Source of the DNA: Bacillota bacterium
GTDB lineage: Bacteria > Bacillota > Sulfobacillia > RBS10-35 > Bu92
Reading direction: 5' to 3'
Assembly: GCA_014896375.1 (NCBI GenBank)
Contig: JADBKN010000009.1
Span: forward strand, 75,088-139,087
DNA: 64,000 bases
In this document: in pieces, positions 21,160-31,037 of the stretch
Position numbering within the stretch: position 1 is the first letter of the stretch
Layout of the letters: every line of letters starts with the position of its first letter
The notes under the pieces: generated by a model
The model's input: only the letters and a program-made list of their open reading frames with translations
The model's database searches: none
Told to the model about the DNA's origin: nothing
Position numbers and translations under genes: made by a program

Positions 21160-22059
21160 ATGCTCGACTTCCGCTGGTACCTGGCGACGCTCACGGCCAT
21201 CCTCGCGGCGCTGGCCGTGGGGATCGTCGTGGGCAGCGCCGCCCTCGGCCCCGAGGTGTGGACGGCGCACGAAGGCCGCCTCGTGGCGGACATCGAGGGT
21301 CGCCTGGGGGAGTTGCGGCAGGAGGAGGCGCGTCGCCAGCGGGAGGCGGTCCGCCTGCAGAAGGAGCTTGAGGCGGCGCGCGCCTTCGAGGAGGCGGCGG
21401 CGGCGTGGCTGGTCCGGGGGCGGCTCGAAGGGGTGCGCGTGGCGCTCGTGGCGGCGGGCGACGGGGCCCCGGCGGGGGCCGCCGCCGGGGCGCTGCAGGC
21501 GGCCGAGGCCGTCGTCTCCTGGCGGTTGGAGGTGCCGGCGCGCTGGCCGGCGGACGCGCGCCTGACCGGGGTGCTCGGCGTCCGCCCGACGCCGGAGGCG
21601 GCCGCCACGCGGCTGGGCGAGGCGCTCGCCGCCGGCGACCGCCTCACGCTGGAGGCGCTCGCGGGGGCGGGAGCGGTGCGCCTCGTCGCCGCACCGCCCG
21701 CCGCGCCGCCCGGGACGCTGCAGGGCACGGAGGCCTGCCGCGTGCTGGTGCTGGTCACGGGCGCGGGACCCGTGGACGGCCGGCCGCTCCTGGCGCTGGC
21801 GCGCGCGGCGGCGCGGGAGGGCGCGCGTGTCGTGGTCGCGTCACCGACCGGCGCGGCCTTCGACCCCGCGGCGGCGGTCGGACCCGGCGTGGCGACGGTC
21901 GACGATCTCGACCGTCCGGCCGGGTTGGCGGCCCTCGTGCTCGCCGCGGCCGGGTCCGACGGCCGCTTCGGTGTCCGCCCCGGAGCGCTCCCGCTGCCGG
22001 CGCCGCCTGCTGCGGGTGCCGCCCCGCCGCCCCCGCCCGGTCCGGGCGCCCCGCGCTGA
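21160..22059 (+). CDS. steB: SteB/MctB-family membrane protein (partner of SteA). Ala/Gly/Pro-rich.
   Basis: N-terminal TM (MLDFRWYLATLTAILAALAVGIVVG) and a coiled-coil-like segment. Gene position immediately after steA as in actinobacterial steA-steB pairs. Confidence 0.5.
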   Translation: MLDFRWYLATLTAILAALAVGIVVGSAALGPEVWTAHEGRLVADIEGRLGELRQEEARRQREAVRLQKELEAARAFEEAAAAWLVRGRLEGVRVALVAAGDGAPAGAAAGALQAAEAVVSWRLEVPARWPADARLTGVLGVRPTPEAAATRLGEALAAGDRLTLEALAGAGAVRLVAAPPAAPPGTLQGTEACRVLVLVTGAGPVDGRPLLALARAAAREGARVVVASPTGAAFDPAAAVGPGVATVDDLDRPAGLAALVLAAAGSDGRFGVRPGALPLPAPPAAGAAPPPPPGPGAPR

Positions 22060-22303
22060 AGGAGGCGCCGGTTTCGGCAGCGTATAATGTTGACACGGCA
22101 GCGTGCGCCCGAAAGGGGTTGGCGGATGCCGTCTCCGGCCGCCGGCGGCACCATGGGATGGCATGGCGAGGGGGCGCCGGGCGCCGGTCCGGCCCGGTCG
22201 GAGGCATTCACGCATCTCGGTTGAAGGGTGGCGGAGGCGGAGCCGCCCTCTTTTTGTGCATGGAGACGAGCGAACGGGCGCCCCGTTCGAGGAGGTCGTG
22301 CCG

Positions 22304-23389
22304 GTGACTGTATTTTCCAATGCGGCCCACGACGGGCATGAACAGGTCGTCTTTTGCCGCGACGAGGCGTCGGGCCTGCGCGCGATCATCGCCATCCACA
22401 GCACGGCGCTGGGTCCGGCGCTGGGCGGTTGCCGGATGTGGCCGTACGCGTCGGAGGAGGAGGCGCTCTTCGATGTGCTGCGCCTCTCTCGCGGGATGAC
22501 CTACAAGAACGCGGCCATGGGCCTCAATTTCGGCGGCGGCAAGAGCGTGATCATCGCCGATCCCCGCCGTGACAAGTCGGAAGAGCTCTTCCGCGCCTTC
22601 GGCCGCTTCGTGCAGTCCCTGGGCGGACGCTACTACACGGCGGAAGACGTCGGCATCCACAGCGACGACCTCATCTACGTCCGCCAGGAGACCGACTACG
22701 TGCTGGGCCTGCCCGAGAAGAGCGGCGACCCGTCTCCGGCCACGGCCTACGGGGTCTACTGCGGCATCCGCGCCTGCCTGGAAGAGGTCTACGGCTCGGA
22801 CGATCCCGCCGGCCGCACCGTGGCCATCCAGGGTGCGGGCCAGGTGGGCTACCACCTGGCGAAACTGCTCGCGGAAGCGGGCGCACGCGTCGTCATCGCC
22901 GACATCTTCGAGGACAAGGTGCGGCGCGCCGTCGAGGACCTGGGCGTGGAGAGCGTGCCGGCCGAGTCCGTGTACGATGTCGAGTGCGACGTCTTCGCTC
23001 CCTGCGCGCTGGGAGCGGTGATCAACGACGAGACGCTGCCGCGCCTGAAGTGCCGCATCATCGCCGGCTCGGCCAACAACCAGCTGGCGGAGCCGCGCCA
23101 CGGAGACCGCCTCGAGGAGATGGGCATCCTCTACGCCCCGGACTACGTCATCAACGGCGGCGGTGTGATCAACGTGGCCTCCGAATTCAACCCTGGAGGC
23201 TACCGGCGCGATGATGCGTACAGGAAGATCGCCGGCATCGGCGGCAAGCTGAAGGAGCTGTTCGCCATCGCACGGCGGGAGGGCATCCCGACGTACCGCG
23301 CGGCGGACGTGCTGGCGGAGGAGCGCATCCGGCGCATCCGGGAGCTCGACCGCATCTTCGTGCCGGCGCGCGGCGGCGCAAGGGGGTAG
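22304..23389 (+). CDS. Leucine/valine (branched-chain amino-acid) dehydrogenase, Glu/Leu/Phe/Val dehydrogenase family
   Basis: …EQVVFCRDEASGLRAIIAIHSTALGPALGGCRMWPYASEEEAL…GGGKSVI… and a GAGQVGYHLAKLL Rossmann motif. GTG at 22304 with GAGGAGG RBS 8 nt upstream. Confidence 0.85.
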   Translation: MTVFSNAAHDGHEQVVFCRDEASGLRAIIAIHSTALGPALGGCRMWPYASEEEALFDVLRLSRGMTYKNAAMGLNFGGGKSVIIADPRRDKSEELFRAFGRFVQSLGGRYYTAEDVGIHSDDLIYVRQETDYVLGLPEKSGDPSPATAYGVYCGIRACLEEVYGSDDPAGRTVAIQGAGQVGYHLAKLLAEAGARVVIADIFEDKVRRAVEDLGVESVPAESVYDVECDVFAPCALGAVINDETLPRLKCRIIAGSANNQLAEPRHGDRLEEMGILYAPDYVINGGGVINVASEFNPGGYRRDDAYRKIAGIGGKLKELFAIARREGIPTYRAADVLAEERIRRIRELDRIFVPARGGARG

Positions 23390-23392
23390 AGC

Positions 23393-24298
23393 GTGAAACT
23401 GGAGCCTGAATCGCACGCGGCGAGGCCCAAGCGCAAGGTCTCAGTGCACGTCGTGGAGGACCTCATCCGGGAGCTGCCGGCGGTGCTCGACGCCCGCCTG
23501 GTCGTGAACCCGTGGGGCGGGGTCGAGGAGGTCCACGTGCTGGCGGACCGCACGCGGCCCGCGAAGGGCATCGTGCGGGATGTGGAAAGTGCGCTCATGG
23601 CGCGCTGGGGTCTGCGCATCGACCGGAAAAAGATCTCCGTCGCGCAGGTGCGCGGTCTGCCGCCGGCGGACAAGTTCGTCCGCGTCAAGGTCACGCGCCT
23701 GTCACTGTCCCAGGACACCGTGGCCGGCCGCGTGCGCGTGGAGCTGGAGATCGCCCCGGAGCCGCAGCGGGACCGGCTTGGGCGGATCATCCTGGACCCT
23801 GAGATCCCGGAGGGGCCGTGGCACGGCCGGGCGGAGGGGCCATCCCTCGGAGACGCCGCGCGGCGCGTGGGGGCGGAGGCGCTGCTCGCGGCGCTGAACC
23901 AGGCGCTGCAAGACGGACACTGGCTGGAGTGCTGGGCCGTCGAGACGCATGAGGTGGGGGCGCATCCCGTCGTCACGGCGCTCGTGCTGTATCGCATGCC
24001 GCGCGGCCGCCAGCAGCTGCTCTGCGGCAGCGTCGTTCTCAAGGAGGGAGACGACGCCGTGCAAGCCGGCATTCGCGCGGCGATGGACGCGACCAACCGC
24101 ATCTTTGGCCGGGCGATGCGCCGCGCCCTGCCGCGGGCGGCCGGCGCGGCGCAGGCGGCGGGTGCGGCCGGCGCCGGCTCGTCGTCCGGCGCGCCCGGGA
24201 CCGGGGAGCCCACGCAGGCCGAGCGGGAGGCTGCGGCCGCCGGGGAGGCCGGCGGGGCGGAGGGGTCGACACGTTCACCGTCTCCTGGGCGGAAGTGA
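23393..24298 (+). CDS. Hypothetical protein (301 aa) with an Ala/Gly-rich low-complexity C-terminus
   Basis: GTG start 4 nt after the leuDH stop. The N-terminal 230 aa look globular (…VVEDLIRELPAVLDARLVVNPWGG…WLECWAVETHEVGAHPVVTALVLYRMPRG…). No family recognised. Confidence 0.45.
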   Translation: MKLEPESHAARPKRKVSVHVVEDLIRELPAVLDARLVVNPWGGVEEVHVLADRTRPAKGIVRDVESALMARWGLRIDRKKISVAQVRGLPPADKFVRVKVTRLSLSQDTVAGRVRVELEIAPEPQRDRLGRIILDPEIPEGPWHGRAEGPSLGDAARRVGAEALLAALNQALQDGHWLECWAVETHEVGAHPVVTALVLYRMPRGRQQLLCGSVVLKEGDDAVQAGIRAAMDATNRIFGRAMRRALPRAAGAAQAAGAAGAGSSSGAPGTGEPTQAEREAAAAGEAGGAEGSTRSPSPGRK

Positions 24299-25371
24299 TC
24301 GTAGCCGAACCGCGGCCGCTGGGGCGCGTGGACCTTCGCGTGCGGCTTCCCGGGGGTGAGGAGGCCTCGGCCGTCGCCTATCCGGCGCTCACGGGTCCGG
24401 TGGCACCCGGAGACCGCGTGCTCCTCAACACCACGGCCGTCCGCCTGGGACTCGGCACCGGCGGGCGGCACTTCGTCATGGCCGTGGAGGGCCGCCTCTG
24501 GAGCGAGGAGGCGCCCGGCCACATCATGAAGCTCCGCTATACGCCCTGGCAGCGCTCCCTCCTCCATGTCGAAGAGGAGGGTGGTTCAGGTCATGACCTT
24601 TTGAGAGACGCGGCGTGCGTCTCCGGCCAGCCAGTGGTGGCGCTGGGCCTGCACAGCCAGCTGGAGCCGGTCGTGCGCGCCTGCCGCCTCGCTGCGCCCC
24701 GGGCGCGCGTCGTCTACGTGCACACGGACGGCGCCGCGCTTCCGGTCGCCTTCAGCGACACGGTCGCCGCCCTGCGGGAGGAGGGGCTGCTCGCGGCCGT
24801 CATCGCCACCGGCCAGGCTTTCGGCGGCGACGCGGAGACGGTGGCTCTGCCCAGCGCGCTCCTTGCCGCGGCGCTCGTCTTCGGCGCGGACGTCATCGTC
24901 GCCGGCATGGGACCGGGCATCGCCGGCACCGGCACGCGCCTCGGCCACAGCGGCACCGAGCAGGCGTGGATCGCCGCCGCGGCGCGCGCTCTGGGCGGCC
25001 GGCCCATCGTGGTGCCGCGCCTCAGCGCCGCGGACCCGCGCGCGCGCCACACCGGCCTCTCCCACCACACGCTCGCCGTGCTGGAGTCCCTCCTGGAAGT
25101 GCCGGTGTGGGTCGCCTGGCCGCACGGCCACGCTCTGCCGGCCGGCGCCCTGGCGGCGGCGGATGCGGCCTTCCGGAGCTCCGCCGCCGTGCGGCGCCAC
25201 CTCCGGGTGCATGTCGACCTCGATCCTTACTGGGAGTCGCTCGCCGCCTCGTCGCCCGGCTGGTCGACGATGCGCCGCCCGCTCTCCGCCGATCCGCTTC
25301 CGTTCGCCGCCGCCGCCGCCGCCGGGCTCCTCGCCGCCGGGCTGGCCGCGCCCGCTGCGCCGACCGCCTGA
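24295..25371 (+). CDS. Hypothetical protein (358 aa, possibly DUF3866-like)
   Basis: ATG overlaps the previous stop (ATGA coupling). Gly-rich segment …VAGMGPGIAGTGTRLGHSGTEQ…. No confident family assignment. Confidence 0.45.
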   Translation: MIVAEPRPLGRVDLRVRLPGGEEASAVAYPALTGPVAPGDRVLLNTTAVRLGLGTGGRHFVMAVEGRLWSEEAPGHIMKLRYTPWQRSLLHVEEEGGSGHDLLRDAACVSGQPVVALGLHSQLEPVVRACRLAAPRARVVYVHTDGAALPVAFSDTVAALREEGLLAAVIATGQAFGGDAETVALPSALLAAALVFGADVIVAGMGPGIAGTGTRLGHSGTEQAWIAAAARALGGRPIVVPRLSAADPRARHTGLSHHTLAVLESLLEVPVWVAWPHGHALPAGALAAADAAFRSSAAVRRHLRVHVDLDPYWESLAASSPGWSTMRRPLSADPLPFAAAAAAGLLAAGLAAPAAPTA

Positions 25372-25562
25372 GAGCCGGCCTCCCAGGCGCGCCAGACGGC
25401 CAGCCAGGCGCGGAACTCCCTCACGCTGCCGGCGAAGTAGGCTGCTCTCGGCGTCCGCCATCCGTACATGCCCTTCACCCCGGCCTAGGCTATGCCGGCG
25501 CGGCGGCCGCCAGTCATACCGGCGGCCGGCCCGCCATAAGGAAGGGGTGGGAGGGACGGGCC

Positions 25563-26210
25563 GTGCGCGTGGGCCGGGGTTGGGGATGGGGCAGGCGGAC
25601 ATCGGCGGCCTTCCGGCGGCACGCGCTGGAGTACGTGGCCGCGGCCGCCTGCCTTCTTGCGGGCAGCGCGGCCGGGGCGCTGGCTGTGGGCGGCATCGGG
25701 CCGGCGGCCCGCGCGCGGCTCGTCGACGATCTGCAATCCCTCTTCCACGCGTCCTCATCCGCCCTGCCCGCCGCCGCCACCGTCTTCGGCCGGGCGCTGG
25801 AGGTGCATGCGGCGACCGCCGCCCTCCTCTGGGGCGCCGCCTTCACGGCGCTCGGTCTCGTCCTGGTTCCGGTCGTGCTCTTCGCGCGGGGCTTCTCGCT
25901 GGGCTTCGCCGCGGGTTTCCTCGTCTATGAAGGCGGCTGGCCCGGCTTCCTGCTCGTCGCCGCCTCCCTCTTTCCTTCCCAGGCCGTGCTCATCCCCCTC
26001 TGGATCGGGCTCGCCGGCGCCGCCTGGCGGCTGGCCTTCCGCTACGCGCGGCAGCGCGCCGGCGCCGGGCGGGTCGCGTGGCCCGAGGCGCTCGCCGCCC
26101 AGGTCCCCTGGGCCGCGGCCGCCGGGCTGGGCGTGCTGGCGGCGAGCCTTCTCGACGCCTACCTCGCCCCGGTGGCGCTGCATGCCGTGCTGCGCGCCAT
26201 CGCGCCCTGA
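25563..26210 (+). CDS. spoIIM: Stage II sporulation protein M (SpoIIM/DUF95 membrane protein)
   Basis: ~215-aa polytopic membrane protein. GTG at 25563 with GGGAGGGA RBS. The TM pattern and the …LVYEGGWPGFLLVAASLFPSQAVLIPLWI… block resemble SpoIIM. Lies near xerD, as spoIIM does near ripX in B. subtilis. Confidence 0.55.
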   Translation: MRVGRGWGWGRRTSAAFRRHALEYVAAAACLLAGSAAGALAVGGIGPAARARLVDDLQSLFHASSSALPAAATVFGRALEVHAATAALLWGAAFTALGLVLVPVVLFARGFSLGFAAGFLVYEGGWPGFLLVAASLFPSQAVLIPLWIGLAGAAWRLAFRYARQRAGAGRVAWPEALAAQVPWAAAAGLGVLAASLLDAYLAPVALHAVLRAIAP

Positions 26211-26352
26211 AGCGGCCCCGGCCGGGCGCCGCGCCCCAGGTTTGCATTGAGACCCGAAGTTTCCGGGCGGTATACTGGCGTGGGGTTTGTCCTGGAAGGG
26301 CCGCACGGCCCAATTGGCCGGCCCTTGGGTTCCGGCCGCGGGGGGTTCTAGA

Positions 26353-27468
26353 GTGATCGTCGGCGTTCCGAAGGAGATCAAGGCGTACGAGAACCGCGTG
26401 GCCCTGACGCCCGCGGGTGTCCATGCGCTGCGTGCGCGCGGCCACGAGGTGCTCGTGGAGACGGGGGCGGGGGCCGGCAGCGGCTTCACGGACGAGGAAT
26501 ACCGCGCGGCCGGCGCGCGCCTCGTCGACTCCGCGGAGGCGCTCTTCGCCCAGGCGGAGATGATCGTCAAGGTCAAGGAGCCGCAGCCGGTCGAGGTCGA
26601 ACGGCTGCGGGAGAACCAGATCCTCTTCACCTACCTGCACCTGGCGCCGGATGCGGAGCTCACCCACGGGCTCCTCCGTAAGAAAGTCGTCGCCATCGCG
26701 TATGAGACCGTCCAGCTGCCGGACCGCTCACTGCCGCTCCTCACGCCCATGAGCGAGGTCGCGGGGCGCATGGCGGTGCAGATCGGCGCGCACTTCCTTG
26801 AGAAGCCGCAGGGCGGCTCCGGCGTGCTCCTCGGCGGCGTGCCCGGCGTGGCGCCCGGCCACGTGGTGATCATCGGCGGCGGCGTCGTGGGCACGAACGC
26901 CGCCAAGATGGCGGTGGGCCTCGGCGCGCGCGTGACGATCATCGACATCAACGCGGAGCGGCTGCGCCAGTTGGACGATCTCTTCGGCGCACGCGTGACG
27001 ACGCTCATGTCCAACGCGCACAACATCGCCGCGGCCGTGGCCGACGCGGACCTCGTCGTCGGCGCCGTGCTCATTCCGGGCGCGCGTGCGCCGCACCTCG
27101 TCACGGAAGACATGGTGCGCAGCATGCGGCCGGGCTCGGTGATCGTCGATGTCGCCATCGACCAGGGCGGCGTGGTCGAAACCTCGGACCGCGTGACCAC
27201 GCACGCTGATCCCATCTACGTCCGCCACGGCGTCGTCCACTACGCCGTGGCCAACATGCCGGGCGCCGTGCCGCGCACCTCCACCTTCGCGCTGACCAAC
27301 GTGACCCTGCCGTACGTCCTCGCCATCGCCGACAAGGGCTGGCGCCGGGCCGTGGACGAGGACCCGAGCCTGGCGCGCGGCGTGAACATCGTGGCGGGCC
27401 GCGTCGTCTACCGCGCCGTGGCCGAGGCGCACGGGCTGGAGTACACGCCGTTGGAGCAGGTCCTCTGA
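26353..27468 (+). CDS. ald: Alanine dehydrogenase
   Basis: [23 protein letters not shown]… and …[30 protein letters not shown]…. Close match to Bacillus Ald (MIIGVPKEIKNNENRV…). Confidence 0.9.
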   Translation: MIVGVPKEIKAYENRVALTPAGVHALRARGHEVLVETGAGAGSGFTDEEYRAAGARLVDSAEALFAQAEMIVKVKEPQPVEVERLRENQILFTYLHLAPDAELTHGLLRKKVVAIAYETVQLPDRSLPLLTPMSEVAGRMAVQIGAHFLEKPQGGSGVLLGGVPGVAPGHVVIIGGGVVGTNAAKMAVGLGARVTIIDINAERLRQLDDLFGARVTTLMSNAHNIAAAVADADLVVGAVLIPGARAPHLVTEDMVRSMRPGSVIVDVAIDQGGVVETSDRVTTHADPIYVRHGVVHYAVANMPGAVPRTSTFALTNVTLPYVLAIADKGWRRAVDEDPSLARGVNIVAGRVVYRAVAEAHGLEYTPLEQVL

Positions 27469-27474
27469 CGCCTG

Positions 27475-27508
27475 GGGCGCCGCGTGCGGCCGCGCGGCGC
27501 CCGCTTTC
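27475..27508 (+). terminator. Intrinsic terminator after ald
   Basis: Perfect 10-bp stem GGGCGCCGCG / CGCGGCGCCC with an 8-nt loop, followed by GCTTTCC. Confidence 0.45.
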
Positions 27509-27627
27509 CGAACCTTCCCCCTGATCACGGTTGCAGGACCGTCTGGTTTTATGTTGAATACACCCCCGGCGCTTGAATAAAGTTGCCTGCCGTGGGTCAC
27601 GCTACCACCGGCGAAGGGGGACCACCG

Positions 27628-28512
27628 ATGGATGCGCTGATCGACGAGTACCTGGAATACCTCCGCGTGGAGAAGGGGCTCGCCTACAACACCCTGGACT
27701 CATACCGGCGTGACCTGCGCGACTACGCACGCTTTCTCGCGCGCCGCAACGAGACGCCCACGGCGGCCACGCGTCAGGCGGTCGCCGCCTACCTTGTGGC
27801 GCTGACGCGCCAGGGCCGCGCGGCCTCGACGGTCGCGCGCCGCCTGGCGGCGCTCAAGTCCTTCTACCAGTTCCTCGTGCAGTCGCAGCGGCTGGCCCAG
27901 GATCCCACGGTGGAGCTGGAGTCGCCGAAGCAGAAGAAGCGCCTGCCGCGGGTGCTCACGGTGAAGGAGATCGAGCTTTTGCTTGCGCAGCCCGACCCGT
28001 CCACGCCCGCCGGCCTGCGCGACTCCGCCATGCTGGAGCTTCTCTACGCCTCGGGGATGCGCGTCTCGGAGCTCGTGAGCCTCAACTGCGACGACGTCTC
28101 CCTGGACCTCGGCTATCTGAGATGCGTCGGCAAGGGCGCGAAGGAGCGCATCGTCCCCATCGGCTCGCTGGCCGTAGAGGCCGTCCGCCGGTACCTTGAG
28201 GAGGGGCGCCCGGGTCTTGTGAAGGATCCGCGCCAGACGGCGCTTTTCGTCAACCACCACGGCGGCCGCCTCACGCGCCAGGGCTTCTGGAAGCTCATCA
28301 AGAAGTACGCAAAGGACGCCGGCATCGACAAGCCGATCACGCCGCACATCCTGCGCCACTCTTTCGCGACGCACCTATTGGAGAACGGCGCGGACCTGCG
28401 CGCCGTGCAGGAGATGCTGGGCCACGCCGACATCTCCACCACCCAGATCTACACGCACCTGACGCAGAGCCGCATCAGGGACGTGTATTCCCGCGCGCAC
28501 CCGAGGGCCTAG
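27628..28512 (+). CDS. xerD: Tyrosine recombinase XerD (RipX-like)
   Basis: …LIDEYLEYLRVEKGLAYNTLDSYRRDL… core-binding domain. Catalytic residues R…K…HxxR…Y (…HILRHSFATHLLENGADLRAVQEMLGHADISTTQIYTHL…). Confidence 0.85.
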   Translation: MDALIDEYLEYLRVEKGLAYNTLDSYRRDLRDYARFLARRNETPTAATRQAVAAYLVALTRQGRAASTVARRLAALKSFYQFLVQSQRLAQDPTVELESPKQKKRLPRVLTVKEIELLLAQPDPSTPAGLRDSAMLELLYASGMRVSELVSLNCDDVSLDLGYLRCVGKGAKERIVPIGSLAVEAVRRYLEEGRPGLVKDPRQTALFVNHHGGRLTRQGFWKLIKKYAKDAGIDKPITPHILRHSFATHLLENGADLRAVQEMLGHADISTTQIYTHLTQSRIRDVYSRAHPRA

Positions 28513-28576
28513 GCGTCGGGGGTGCTTCGTTGCCGCTGGCAGCCCCCGGTGCTAGACTCCACTGGGAGGCGGGAGC

Positions 28577-29548
28577 GTGGATATTCCTGGCATCAATCCG
28601 TACATCTTTCACATCGGGCCCTTGGGCGTCCGGTGGTACGGATTCTTCATGGCCATCTCCATGGCGGTGGCCATCTTCTTTTTCGTGCGCGCCGGCCGGC
28701 GGCGCGGGCTCAGCGAGGACTTTCTCTACAATGTGAGCCTTGTGGGCATCATGAGCGGCGTCGTCGGTGCGCGCCTGCTCTACGTGCTGACGAACCCGGG
28801 TTACTTTCAGCAGTTTCCTTCCGAAATCATCCGCATCGACCACGGCGGCCTGTCGATCCACGGCGCCCTCCTGGGCGGTGTGCTTGGCGTGGCCGCCTAC
28901 GCGCGGCGCTATCGCGTGCCGGTGAGCCCGCTGCTCGACTGGGCCGTGCCGGGCGTGGCCGTGGGCATCGCGCTCGTCCGCATCGGGAACATCTTCAACC
29001 GTGAGATCCTCGGCCACCCGGCGGCCATCCTGGGAGGCGCCCGCCACCCGGCCCAGCTGTACGGCTCGGCCATCGGCATCCTGCTTCTCCTCCTCTACTT
29101 CCACCAGTCGCGGCGGGAGACGCCGGACGGGTACCGGTTCTGGACGTTCGTGGCCGTCTACACCGCGCTGCGCGGCGCAGTGGAGGAGACGTTCCGGGAC
29201 AATCCGCTCTACCTAGTGCAGTACGTCAACGAGGAGTGGGGCGTCGGCTTCATGACGCTCACCCAGTGGGTGACGCTGCCGATCCTCGCCTTCGCCGTGT
29301 ACATGCTGGTGCGCGCAAAGAGGCTCAATCTCCACTGGCGCCCGGAGCCGGGCCACCCGGCGGCGGAGGCGCTAGGGGCGCCGGGCGGGTCCGGGACGGA
29401 GGCGGCGCAGGCGTCCCAAGGGGCGGAGGCGGCGGAGGCGGCCGCGGGCGGCGACGCCCCAGCCCAGCCGGAAGACGAGGAAGAGTTGGACGCGCGTGTG
29501 GAGAAGGGTGGCGCGGGAGGCGCCGCCGGGGAGGCGCCGCGCGCGTGA
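28577..29548 (+). CDS. lgt: Prolipoprotein diacylglyceryl transferase, with a ~70-aa Ala/Gly/Glu-rich C-terminal tail
   Basis: GTG start. Lgt signature segments (…YGFFMAISMAVAIFF…, …IDHGGLSIHGALLGGVLG…, …GNIFNREILGHP…). Confidence 0.85.
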   Translation: MDIPGINPYIFHIGPLGVRWYGFFMAISMAVAIFFFVRAGRRRGLSEDFLYNVSLVGIMSGVVGARLLYVLTNPGYFQQFPSEIIRIDHGGLSIHGALLGGVLGVAAYARRYRVPVSPLLDWAVPGVAVGIALVRIGNIFNREILGHPAAILGGARHPAQLYGSAIGILLLLLYFHQSRRETPDGYRFWTFVAVYTALRGAVEETFRDNPLYLVQYVNEEWGVGFMTLTQWVTLPILAFAVYMLVRAKRLNLHWRPEPGHPAAEALGAPGGSGTEAAQASQGAEAAEAAAGGDAPAQPEDEEELDARVEKGGAGGAAGEAPRA

Positions 29549-30972
29549 GCGATCCGGGCCTGAGAGACCTGCCGGCCGTGCACGAGCTGCTCGCGCACCC
29601 GGCGGCGGCGGCCTGGGCGGATCGCGTCGCCGCGCCCGTGCGCACGCGGCTCGCGCAGGAGCTTCTCGCGGAATGGCGGCAGCGGCTGCGCTCCGGGGAG
29701 CCCTCACCCGCGGCGGACGCCGGGGGGCTGCATGAGTATCTCGGCCGGGCGCTCGCCTCGCGGCTGGAGGCGCTCTGGCGGGGCGGCCTGCGGCGCGTGA
29801 TCAATGCCACAGGGGTGGTCCTGCACACGAACCTCGGGCGCGCCCCCCTGCCGGCGGCCGCGCTGGAAAGCGCCGCAGGGCTCTCCGGGTATTGGAGCCT
29901 TGAGTTCGACCTGGTGAGCGGGGAGCGTGGGGACCGCAGCGAACTCGTCGCGGACCTCCTGCGCGCCCTGACGGGCGCGGAGGAGGCCCTTGTCGTCAAC
30001 AACAACGCCGCGGCGGTGCTCCTCCTGCTCTCCGCCCTGGCGGCGGGGAGGGAGGTCGTCGTCTCGCGCGGGGAACTTGTGGAGATCGGGGGTTCCTTCC
30101 GCGTGCCGGAGGTCATGGCGGCGTCGGGCGCCGTGCTGCGCGAGGTGGGGACGACGAACCGCACGTACGCGCAGGACTACGAACGCGCCCTCACCGCGGC
30201 CACGGCCGCGCTGCTCAAGGTGCACCGCAGCAATTTCGCGCTCATGGGCTTCACGCACGAGGCCACGCTTGAGGAACTCGTGGCGCTTGCGCGGCCGCGC
30301 GGGCTGCGCGTGCTCTTCGATCTCGGCAGCGGCGCTTTGGCCCCGGAGTTCGTCCCGGGCCTGCCGGAAGAGCCCACGGTCTCGGAAGCGCTGGGCGCAG
30401 GGGTGGACGCGGTCACGTTCTCCGGCGACAAGCTCCTCGGCGGGCCGCAGTGCGGCATCATCGCGGGGCGGGCGGACGTCGTGCGCGCCTGCGCCCGCCA
30501 CCCGCTCTACCGCGCGCTGCGCGTCGACAAGGTCACGCTGGCCATGCTCGCCGCCACGCTGCGCGCGTGCCTGCACCCGGACCGCGCGCGCGCGGAGATC
30601 CCGGCGCTTTGGATGCTGGCGCGGCCGGCGGAGGAGCTCGCGCGACGGGCGGAGGCGCTGGCCGGACGCCTGCGCGCCGCCCTCGGCCCGGCGGCGGACG
30701 TGGCCACGCAGCCCGGCGCCTCGCTGGCCGGCGGCGGCTCCGCGCCGGCGCGGGAGCTCGCCACCACGCTCGTCCGCGTGCGGCCCGCCGGCCTCGGTGC
30801 CGCGGAGGCGGCCCGCCGGCTGCGGCGGGCGGAGCCGCCGGTGGTGGCGCGCGTCGCCGGGGAGGCGCTGCTCGTCGATCCTCGTACGCTGGATCCGGCG
30901 GAGGAAGAGCCGCTCGTGCGCGCGTTCGCCGCGGCGCTCGGCGGCGATGCAGCGACGCGCGCACCCGGCTAA
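29545..30972 (+). CDS. selA: L-seryl-tRNA(Sec) selenium transferase
   Basis: GTG start overlapping the lgt stop (GTGA). …VINATGVVLHTNLGRAPL…, …FSGDKLLGGPQCGIIAGR… and a PLP-lysine region typical of SelA. Confidence 0.8.
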   Translation: MSDPGLRDLPAVHELLAHPAAAAWADRVAAPVRTRLAQELLAEWRQRLRSGEPSPAADAGGLHEYLGRALASRLEALWRGGLRRVINATGVVLHTNLGRAPLPAAALESAAGLSGYWSLEFDLVSGERGDRSELVADLLRALTGAEEALVVNNNAAAVLLLLSALAAGREVVVSRGELVEIGGSFRVPEVMAASGAVLREVGTTNRTYAQDYERALTAATAALLKVHRSNFALMGFTHEATLEELVALARPRGLRVLFDLGSGALAPEFVPGLPEEPTVSEALGAGVDAVTFSGDKLLGGPQCGIIAGRADVVRACARHPLYRALRVDKVTLAMLAATLRACLHPDRARAEIPALWMLARPAEELARRAEALAGRLRAALGPAADVATQPGASLAGGGSAPARELATTLVRVRPAGLGAAEAARRLRRAEPPVVARVAGEALLVDPRTLDPAEEEPLVRAFAAALGGDAATRAPG

Positions 30973-31037
30973 GAGGCGCGCGCATCCGGCTAACGCGCGC
31001 CCGCGACGGGCATCCTACCCTCCAGACATAGGGAGGG

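Noticed and set aside
22205-22260. T-box or attenuator leader upstream of leuDH (GGGTGG followed by a GC dyad and T5)
   Set aside because: GGGTGG is followed by CGGAGG rather than the T-box ACCGCG core. The hairpin geometry is ambiguous. It is more likely the steB terminator than a riboswitch.
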